From NCBI GenBank assembly GCA_011523845.1, contig WTFV01000155.1:9386-73385 (forward strand): a DNA stretch of 64,000 nucleotides, in the 5' to 3' direction. How positions within the stretch are numbered: position 1 is the first letter of the stretch; each line of letters starts with the position of its first letter. The position numbers were made by a program, and so were the translations under genes. Source of the stretch: Acidobacteriota bacterium (GTDB taxonomy: Bacteria; Acidobacteriota; Vicinamibacteria; Vicinamibacterales; UBA8438). Under the pieces are notes generated by a model that was not told where the DNA came from, made no database searches, and worked only from the letters and a program-made list of their open reading frames with translations. Below, one piece after another: positions 29,938 to 37,453 of the stretch.

Positions 29938-30921
29938 TCAGGCGAGGTTGCGGAGCGCGAAGTCGACCGCCGTCCGTTCCGCCCAGTAGCCGTCGAAGCC
30001 GGGGCCGGGATCCGCATAGAAGCCGCAATGCCCTCCGTGGCGCGTGACCGCGCTGGTGACGCGCGGGTTCGCCTGGACCACGGGGTCCCGGAACTGTTCC
30101 GCCGGGACGAACGGATCGTCCTCGGCGCTGAGAATCAGCGTGGGAACGGCGATGCGGTCGACCACCCGCAGGCTGCTGGCCCGGCGATAGTAGTCCGCGG
30201 CATCGCGGAATCCGTGATGCGGCGCGGTGAAGGCTTCATCGAACTCGCGGACCGTGCGGATCCGATCTAGCCCGTCGAGGTCGAACAGGCCGGGCAGGGC
30301 GCGCGCCTTCCGCCGCATGCGACGCTTCAGGTTGCGCACGAAGTGCCACTGATAGACGGCGTTCTGCCGCCGTTCGAGGGCGTCGACGCAGCGGGCCAGG
30401 TCCATGGTCGGCGAGATCGCGCAAACCGACCGCAGCACCCCCGGGGGCGTCGTACCCGCGAGCCGGAGTCCGAGATTGCCGCCGAGCGAGTAACCCGCGA
30501 CGGCCACGGCGCGCAATCTATCGACCTCCGCCAGCTCACGGAGCACCGCGGCGGGGTCGGCCGACAGCCCCGAGTGATAGAGGCCGCGCGACAGGTGCTC
30601 CGTGTCCCCGCAGTTGCGCTGGTTGAGCAGCACCACGTTGAGGCCCGCGGCGAACGCCTTTTCCGCGAGCCCGCGCATGTAGTGCGCCGCGCTCGAGCCT
30701 TCGAGCCCGTGCAGGGCCAGCAGCGTCGGGCGCTTCGCAGGGGACGGTTGCCAGTGGCAGTGCGCCAGCACCCGCGCGTCGGCTGCGACGTCGAAGTACC
30801 GCCGCACGGGCGTTCCGAGCCGCGGGAAGCGGCGCGGTCGCGCCCACGTGAACAGGGTCATGCGGTGCCCGCCGGCGAGACCGCGGGCCGGGACGAATTC
30901 ACGGAAGCGGTCGGCGTGCAT
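29938..30921 (-). CDS. Alpha/beta hydrolase, YheT-like
   Basis: ATG at 30921 within ORF 29938..31464. LLALHGLEGSSAAHYMRG is present, with nucleophile elbow GYSLGGN and C-terminal HGGHCGF. Confidence 0.8.
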   Translation of the reverse strand: MHADRFREFVPARGLAGGHRMTLFTWARPRRFPRLGTPVRRYFDVAADARVLAHCHWQPSPAKRPTLLALHGLEGSSAAHYMRGLAEKAFAAGLNVVLLNQRNCGDTEHLSRGLYHSGLSADPAAVLRELAEVDRLRAVAVAGYSLGGNLGLRLAGTTPPGVLRSVCAISPTMDLARCVDALERRQNAVYQWHFVRNLKRRMRRKARALPGLFDLDGLDRIRTVREFDEAFTAPHHGFRDAADYYRRASSLRVVDRIAVPTLILSAEDDPFVPAEQFRDPVVQANPRVTSAVTRHGGHCGFYADPGPGFDGYWAERTAVDFALRNLA

Positions 30922-31176
30922 GGCTGCCGTTTCTGCTGCGGCGAACGAGCCCGAGGAAGCGTCGCTCCCGGGGAGAGGATTCGGCGACGCTGCAGGCCAT
31001 GAGCGAACCGCAGTCGTCGTCGAGCCGCGAATCGCGACGGGCCATCCGCGTGTGGTCCAGGAGATCGTACACCGCGAACCGACCTTCCCGGTGTGCCGGC
31101 GGCAGGGCGATGTCGTGCCCGGTGGTGGTCGAGGTCGTGACGTCCGGCGAGGGCACGCCGCAGGCCGTATGGCATA

Positions 31177-32169
31177 ATGCGCCGCGTGCAATTGCGGGAA
31201 GTCAGCGTCGGGTGCTTCGGCGGCGGGACCGGGCTGCCGAGCCTGCTCGGCGGTCTCAAGCAGAACCCGTGGCTGCGGGTGAACGCCGTCGTCACGATGT
31301 TCGACAGCGGTGGGAGCTCCGGCCAGCTCCGCGACGAGCTCGGGGTCCTGCCGCCCGGCGACGTGCTCAAGTGCGCCCTGGCCCTCGCCAGGAACGAGAG
31401 CGAAGCCCGTCGCCTTCTCCTCTCGCGCCTGCCGGCGCTGGAGAACGGACGGCTCCGCGGGCACACCGGCGGCAACCTGCTGCTGTCGATGATGGAGCAG
31501 TACAGCGGCGACTTTCTGGCTGCGGTCGACGGGCTGCGGGCGCTCCTCGACTGCAACGGACGCGTGTTGCCGGTCAGCGTGGAGCAGTCGACGCTGTACG
31601 CGGAGTACGAGGACGGCTCACGTGCGGTCAGCGAGGTCGGCGTCGACCGTCAGCAGACCGACGGGCAGTGCATCAGGCGGATCTGGCTGGATCCGGAGCC
31701 GAACGTCCACGAAGCAGCGGCCGAGGCCATTCGCGGCTTCGACGCGGTGGTCATCGGGCCCGGCAGCTTCTATACCAGTCTGATGCCGATCCTGCTCGTC
31801 CGGGGCGTGGCCGAGGCGGTCCGCTCGACGAAGGGCCCGATCGTGCTCGTGACGAACATCCTGACCGAGGGGCGGGGCATGCAGGGGTTCTCCGTGGGCG
31901 AGGCGGTGCGCCGCGTCGGCGACGCCATCGGCCGGCCGGTGGACGTCGCCATAGCCAACAATGCCACGCCGCCGCCGGAGGTGCTTGCGCGTTACGCGGC
32001 CGAGCACAAGGAGTTGCTCCCCATAGGGGACATTCCCACCGAGTGCGAGCTGGTCACCGGACACTTCTCGCAGCGTCAGATCGCACGCCATGCACGCCGA
32101 CGGCTGGCCTATGCCGTCTGGAGCGTACTGGCTCGGCGCCTCCTCCACCAGCCTGCCGCCGTCTCCTGA
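31177..32169 (+). CDS. YvcK / CofD-family (UPF0052, gluconeogenesis-factor-like) protein
   Basis: 330-aa ORF containing GGGTGLPSLLGGLK, VTMFDSGGSSGQLR and IGPGSFYTSLMPILL. Confidence 0.8.
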   Translation: MRRVQLREVSVGCFGGGTGLPSLLGGLKQNPWLRVNAVVTMFDSGGSSGQLRDELGVLPPGDVLKCALALARNESEARRLLLSRLPALENGRLRGHTGGNLLLSMMEQYSGDFLAAVDGLRALLDCNGRVLPVSVEQSTLYAEYEDGSRAVSEVGVDRQQTDGQCIRRIWLDPEPNVHEAAAEAIRGFDAVVIGPGSFYTSLMPILLVRGVAEAVRSTKGPIVLVTNILTEGRGMQGFSVGEAVRRVGDAIGRPVDVAIANNATPPPEVLARYAAEHKELLPIGDIPTECELVTGHFSQRQIARHARRRLAYAVWSVLARRLLHQPAAVS

Positions 32170-32185
32170 CAGGCGGCGCCGCCCA

Positions 32186-32983
32186 TCAGCCTGCCGCCGG
32201 GCCCCGCCCCGGTCTCCGGCCGGAACTCCGCTTGCGCGGGCTTCCTGCGGGCCGTCCGCCCGCTGCGTCGTGGCGCGCGAGAATCTTGCGCGCCGCACGC
32301 TCGATCACCTCGCGGGTGAGCGCGGCGGCGCCGCCGTTGCCGCGGGCCGTGGCGGGGCGGCCGGCGATCCAGAGATCGGGCATGTCGGCTGCCAGGATGT
32401 CGTCGAAGTCCCCCTCGCTCTTGACGCTCAGGGGGGCGAACTCCGCGATGTCGATCGGGCCCGACCAGAAGTCGGCATGCTTGATGAGCAGCCAGTTGCG
32501 GCCGTGCCGGCGCGGCGCCGTCCCGGTCCTGTCCCGCGTGCGCACCAGCGCCCACGAGCCTTTCAGCTTGAAGCCGTCGAGCGAGAACTTCAGGTCGCCC
32601 TTTTCCAGGGCCGCGTCGACGTCGTCCACTTCCGGCGTCCACGCGCCGCGGTCCCACAGCATCACGATCCCGGCGCCGTAGCCCTCCGGGATGACCCCCT
32701 CGAAATCGCCGTACTCCAGCGGGTGGTCCTCCGTACGCACCGCCATCCGCTTGTCGACGGGCTGCAGGGAAGGTCCCTTCGGGACGGCCCAGGAAAGGAG
32801 GACGCCCCGGTATTCCAGCCGCAGGTCGTAGTGCAGATGGCTCGCGAGGTGCTTCTGGACGCAGAAACGGCCGCCGCCGCCGTCCCGGCCCGTCCGGCGC
32901 CGCCGCGTCCGGTGCGGCTCGCCCCCGTCCGGTTCGGGGGTCCGCCTGAAGTCGCGCTTGCGCCGGTACTCGTCGAGCGGCAT
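32186..32983 (-). CDS. Stand-alone DNA ligase D 3'-phosphoesterase (PE) domain protein
   Basis: ATG at 32983. MPLDEYRRKRDFRRTPEP, FCVQKHLASHLHYDLRLE, LLSWAVPKGPS and EDHPLEYGDFEGVIP match the LigD-PE signature. No ligase or polymerase domain is attached. Confidence 0.75.
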   Translation of the reverse strand: MPLDEYRRKRDFRRTPEPDGGEPHRTRRRRTGRDGGGGRFCVQKHLASHLHYDLRLEYRGVLLSWAVPKGPSLQPVDKRMAVRTEDHPLEYGDFEGVIPEGYGAGIVMLWDRGAWTPEVDDVDAALEKGDLKFSLDGFKLKGSWALVRTRDRTGTAPRRHGRNWLLIKHADFWSGPIDIAEFAPLSVKSEGDFDDILAADMPDLWIAGRPATARGNGGAAALTREVIERAARKILARHDAAGGRPAGSPRKRSSGRRPGRGPAAG

Positions 32984-33005
32984 GGACCGCTCATTATGAT
33001 CCACA

Positions 33006-34442
33006 ATGGCCGGCATGCTCACGGCGGTCATCGTCTACATGTCGGTGCTGGTGCTGGTCGGGGCCTGGCGCAGTCGCAGCGTCCGGACCGGCGACGACTT
33101 CCTGGTCGCCGGGCGCCGCCTGCCGGCGCGCGTGCTCGTCTTCACGCTGCTCGCCACCTGGATCGGCTCGGGGAGCCTCTTCGGCGGGGCCGGACTCGGC
33201 TACCGCTCGGGATTCTCCGCGCTCTGGCAGTCCGCCGGGGCGTGGGCCGGCATCGCGCTCGTCTACTTCATCGCGCCGCGCGTGCGCCGGATCTCCCAGT
33301 ACACCGTGCCCGACATTCTCGAGTTGCGGTACGGACCGGCGGCGCGGGTGCTGGGGACGATTACGACGGTGCTGGCCTATGCCACCATCGCGGCCTATCA
33401 GTTCCGGGGCGGCGGCCGCCTGCTGGCGCTCGTCGCCGGTGTCGATCCGGGTACCGGGGCGCTGATCACGGCGGTCTTCTGCATTCTCTTCACGTCGCTC
33501 GCCGGCATGCTGTCGATCGCCTATCTGGACGTGGGCAACGGGATCGTCATGACCGTCGCGGTGATGTTCGGGGTCGCCTTCCTGATCGGCGACGCGGGCG
33601 GGCTGTCGGCGTCGATCGCGGCGCTCGAGCCGCATCAGGTGTCCCTGTTCGGCGACATGGGCGCGCAGGCGGCCTTTGCGCTGTTCCTGCCGACCATGTT
33701 CCTGCTGCTCGGCGAAGCGAACATGTACCAGAAGTTCTTCTCGGCGCGCGACGAGCGGGCCGCCCGCCTGGCCGTGGTCGGCTGGATCGCCGGCACGATC
33801 GTCGTCGAGACGCTGATCGACTCGATCGGGATCTTCGGCAGCCTGGCGGTCGGCGGGCTGGCTGTGGCGGAGTCGGAGGAGATCGTCATCCGCGTCGCCA
33901 CCGGCGTGCTGCCGCCCGTGCTCGGGGTGCTGCTGGTATGCGGCGCCGCCGCAATAGTCGTCTCCACCGCGAACAGCTTCCTGCTGACGCCGTCGACGAA
34001 CCTGATCCGCGACGTCTATCAGCGCTTCGTCAATCCCGGGGTCACCGACCGGCAGGTGGTGCTCTACACGCGCGTGATCGTGGTCGTCGTCGGCGGCCTC
34101 GGCTACGTTGCCGGCAACTTCTTTCCGACCATTCTCGCGATGGCGCTCTGGGCGTACACGATGTACGGCGCCGGCATCACTCCCGCCCTGCTCGGCGCGC
34201 TGCTGTGGCGACGGGCGACGCGGGCCGGCGGCGTCGCGTCCATCCTGGTCGGCATGCTGACGACGCTCGTCTGGGAGATCGTCGGTCTGGCGCGCGGGGT
34301 GGACGGAGTGGCCGCCTATCCCTTCGGCTGGCAGACGGCGTACCCGGCGCTCTCGCTGTCCATCGCGACCCTCGTGATCGTCAGTCTCGCGACGCCGCCG
34401 CCGACCGACGCGGAGATCGAGTTGCGGCCTGCCGTGCCATGA
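33006..34442 (+). CDS. Sodium:solute symporter (SSF) family transporter
   Basis: 478-aa polytopic ORF with N-terminal DFLVAGRRLP...ATWIGSGSLFG. Its stop overlaps the next ATG (ATGA at 34439-34442). Confidence 0.85.
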   Translation: MAGMLTAVIVYMSVLVLVGAWRSRSVRTGDDFLVAGRRLPARVLVFTLLATWIGSGSLFGGAGLGYRSGFSALWQSAGAWAGIALVYFIAPRVRRISQYTVPDILELRYGPAARVLGTITTVLAYATIAAYQFRGGGRLLALVAGVDPGTGALITAVFCILFTSLAGMLSIAYLDVGNGIVMTVAVMFGVAFLIGDAGGLSASIAALEPHQVSLFGDMGAQAAFALFLPTMFLLLGEANMYQKFFSARDERAARLAVVGWIAGTIVVETLIDSIGIFGSLAVGGLAVAESEEIVIRVATGVLPPVLGVLLVCGAAAIVVSTANSFLLTPSTNLIRDVYQRFVNPGVTDRQVVLYTRVIVVVVGGLGYVAGNFFPTILAMALWAYTMYGAGITPALLGALLWRRATRAGGVASILVGMLTTLVWEIVGLARGVDGVAAYPFGWQTAYPALSLSIATLVIVSLATPPPTDAEIELRPAVP

Positions 34443-35806
34443 GAGTCGCCCTCATCGCCACCTACGAGCTGGGGCGCCAGCCCTTCGGCCTGGCGTCGCC
34501 CGCGGCCTGGCTGCGCCGCGCCGGCATGGACGTCACCTGTCTCGACCTCTCGCGGCAGCCGTTCGACGCGCGGGTGGCCGGCGCCGACCTCGTCGCGTTT
34601 CACCTGCCCATGCACACCGCGACGCGCCTCGCCGTGCCGGTGATCAGGCGGGTCGCGCGTCTGAATCCGGCGGCGCGCCTGTGCGCCTACGGCCTGTATG
34701 CGCCCTTGAACGCGGAGCTGCTCCGCTCGATCGGCGTCGAGCACGTGCTCGGTGGGGAGTTCGAGGCGGATCTGGTGCGTCTGGCGACCGGCGTGGCGGA
34801 CGGCGCAACCGACTTCGTTCCGTTGCCCGGTCTTCCGCGGCTGGACCTGATTCCGCCGTGGCGCGCGGGGCTGCCGCCGCTGGGCGGCTACGCCACGCTG
34901 CAGCACGGCGCGGCAAGGAAGGTGGCCGGCTATACCGAGGCGAGCCGCGGCTGCAAGCACGTCTGCCGGCACTGCCCGATCGTCCCGGTCTACGGCGGCC
35001 GCTTCCGCGTCGTGGGAACCGACACCGTATTCGCCGACGTCGCGGCACAGGTGGAGCAGGGGGCCGGGCACATCACGTTCGGCGACCCGGATTTCTTCAA
35101 CGGGGTGGGGCATGCCATGCGGGTGGTCGAGGGGGTCGCGCGGCGGTTCCCCGGTCTGACCTACGACGTCACGATCAAGGTGGAGCACCTGATTGCGCAC
35201 GCCGACCTGCTGCCGCGGTTGCGCGAGACCGGCTGCCTCTTCGTCACCAGTGCCGTGGAGTCGTTCGACGACGTCGTGCTGCGGCGGCTGGAGAAGGGCC
35301 ATACGCGCGAGGACACGATCCGCGCCGTGGCGCTCTGTCGCGCCGCCGGCGTGCTGCTGGCGCCGACTTTCGTCGCCTTCACGCCCTGGATGACGGTCGA
35401 CGGCTATCGCCGGATGCTGGCCGAGATCGAGCGGCTCGACCTCGTCGAGCAGGTGGCGCCGATCCAGCTCACGCTGCGGCTGCTCGTTACCGCCGGCTCC
35501 CGCTTGCGCGAGCTGGAGGATCTGAAGGCGCGACTCGGGCCGTTCGATCCCCAGCGACTCGTCTATCCGTGGCGGCATCCGGATCCGCGGGTGGACCGGC
35601 TGGCCGAAGACGTCCGGGCGTTGGTCGGACGGCGGCTGACCGCCGGTCGCCGTGAGCTGTTCGACGCGGTGCGAACGCTGGCGCACGACGGACACGCGCC
35701 GGCGCCGAGCGAGTCGGACGCCGCCGGACGAACCGAGGTGCCGTACCTGAACGAGCCGTGGTACTGCTGAGCGGAACCGGCTGCCGGGGAGGTGGCCCTG
35801 GTATGA
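34439..35806 (+). CDS. CUAEP-tail radical SAM protein, predicted selenoprotein (UGA 35768-35770 read as Sec); 455 aa if read through
   Basis: CxxxCxxC motif in EASRGCKHVCRHCPIV. The called ORF stops at a TGA right after EPWYC. In-frame continuation gives A-E-P-A-A-G-E-V-A-L-V and then a TGA at 35804-35806, which overlaps the ATG at 35803 of the next gene. Confidence 0.7.
35771..35802 (+). promoter_or_regulatory. Candidate bacterial SECIS-like hairpin downstream of the in-frame UGA
   Basis: GGCUGCC-GGGGA-GGUGGCC at 35779-35797 gives 7 bp including two G-U pairs. The alternative CCGGGG-AGGUGG-CCCUGG at 35784-35801 also folds. Both have G-rich apical loops about 15-20 nt after the UGA. Confidence 0.35.
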
Positions 35807-37086
35807 GACGCAGCGCGGCGCGCGTGCTGCTCGTCGCCGCCACGACGGGGTACCAGGTACGGTCCTTCGACGCGGCGGCCGAGCGCTTGGGTGTGCTGCT
35901 GGTTCTCGCCACCGACCGTTGCCATCGGCTCGACGATCCCTGGCGGGACCGGGCGGTTCCGATCCGGTTCCACGACGAGGCCGGCGCCGTTGGTGCGATT
36001 GTCGATACGGCTGCCGCCGGACCGTTCGATGCCGTGCTCGCCGTCGGGGATCGCCCCGCGCTGATCGGAGCCCTTGCGGCGCGGGCCCTCGGGCTCCGCG
36101 GAAACCCACCCGCGGCGGTGCGCGCCGCCGGACACAAGGTGAAGACCCGCATGCGCATGCGGTCGGCCGGGCTGCCTGTACCGTGGTTCCGATCGATCCC
36201 GTTGGACGCCGACGACGAGGCGCTGTTGCGGCGGGTGGCCTATCCCTGCATCGTCAAGCCGCTCGGAATGGCGGCGAGCCGCGGGGTGATACGGGCCGAC
36301 ACGCCGGCCGAGCTCGTGGCCGCGGCCGAACGGGTGCGCCGGATACTCGCGACGCCGGCGGTTCGCGCCCTCCGCGACCCGGCCAACGACTCGATGGCGG
36401 TAGAGGAGTACATAGCGGGTCGCGAGGTTGCGATCGAGGGCGTGATGACGCATGGGGAGCTTCAGGTCCTGGCCATCTTCGACAAGCCCGATCCTCTGGA
36501 TGGGCCGTTCTTCGAAGAGACGATCTACGTCACGCCCGACCGGCTGTCGACCGCGGAGCGCCGCGAGGTCGTCCGACAGGTGGCTGCCGCGATTCACGCG
36601 CTCGGCCTGACGCACGGTCCCGTGCACGCGGAATGCCGTCTCGGTCCGCGCGGGGTCGTCGTGCTCGAGGTGGCCGCGCGGCCGATCGGCGGGCTCTGCT
36701 CGCGGGTTCTCCGCTTCGACGGGCCCGACGGGAGCGCTCATGCGCTCGAAGACCTGCTGCTGCAGCACGCTCTGGGCGGGGCGGCCGATCGTTTCCGCCT
36801 GCGCCGGGAGGCGGCGGCGGTCATGATGATCCCCGTGCCGGGCGCGGGGATCTACGAGACGGTCGAGGGGCTGGACGCCGCCCGGTCGGCGCCCCGGGTC
36901 GAGGAGGTGATCATCACGGCCAAGCCCGGCCAGCGATTCGTGCCCTGGCCGGAGGGGGCGAGCTACCCGGGGTTCATCTTCTCGCGCGCGCGGAGTCCGG
37001 AGGACGCCGTCGCCGCCGTGCGCACCGCCCACGAGCTGCTCTCGTTTCGGCTCGCCCGGGATCTCCCGGTCGAGGCCGGCGGATGA
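35803..37086 (+). CDS. ATP-grasp domain protein (carboxylate-amine / L-amino-acid-ligase-like)
   Basis: ATG at 35803 within ORF 35758..37086. It contains YPCIVKPLGMAASRGVIR, VEEYIAGREVAIEG and HAECRL...VVLEVAARPIGG. Confidence 0.8.
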   Translation: MRRSAARVLLVAATTGYQVRSFDAAAERLGVLLVLATDRCHRLDDPWRDRAVPIRFHDEAGAVGAIVDTAAAGPFDAVLAVGDRPALIGALAARALGLRGNPPAAVRAAGHKVKTRMRMRSAGLPVPWFRSIPLDADDEALLRRVAYPCIVKPLGMAASRGVIRADTPAELVAAAERVRRILATPAVRALRDPANDSMAVEEYIAGREVAIEGVMTHGELQVLAIFDKPDPLDGPFFEETIYVTPDRLSTAERREVVRQVAAAIHALGLTHGPVHAECRLGPRGVVVLEVAARPIGGLCSRVLRFDGPDGSAHALEDLLLQHALGGAADRFRLRREAAAVMMIPVPGAGIYETVEGLDAARSAPRVEEVIITAKPGQRFVPWPEGASYPGFIFSRARSPEDAVAAVRTAHELLSFRLARDLPVEAGG

Positions 37087-37113
37087 ACGGGAATGGCCGC
37101 GGTGCGGCGCCGG

Positions 37114-37410
37114 CTATTGCTTTGCCTGCGGTGGGACGTACTCGGGCGGCAACGCCGATCCGTCGCCGAAGAAGAACTCCTCCATCTGCCGCGCAACCAG
37201 CTCCTGGGCTTCCTTCTGCCACGGCATCAGACGGTACTCGTTGAGGATCATCTTCATCCGCTCTTCCCAGAGCTTCCACGCCTCCTGCGACACGCTGTCG
37301 TAGATCCGCCTCCCGAGCTCTCCGGGCCACGGCGGCTCGTCGAGCCCCGGCATCTCCTTCTGGAACTTGACGCACTCGACGGTGCGTCCTCCGGCAGGCT
37401 TGTCGGCCAT
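37114..37410 (-). CDS. yggX: Oxidative-damage protection / Fe(2+)-trafficking protein YggX
   Basis: 98-aa ORF. VECVKFQKEMPGLDEPPWPGELGRRIYDSVSQEAWKLWEERMKMILNEYRL is a close match to the YggX pattern. Confidence 0.85.
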   Translation of the reverse strand: MADKPAGGRTVECVKFQKEMPGLDEPPWPGELGRRIYDSVSQEAWKLWEERMKMILNEYRLMPWQKEAQELVARQMEEFFFGDGSALPPEYVPPQAKQ

Positions 37411-37453
37411 GTCGATGCTTCCTCTGTTCGCGGCGAGCGGGTCTGCTGTCCTG

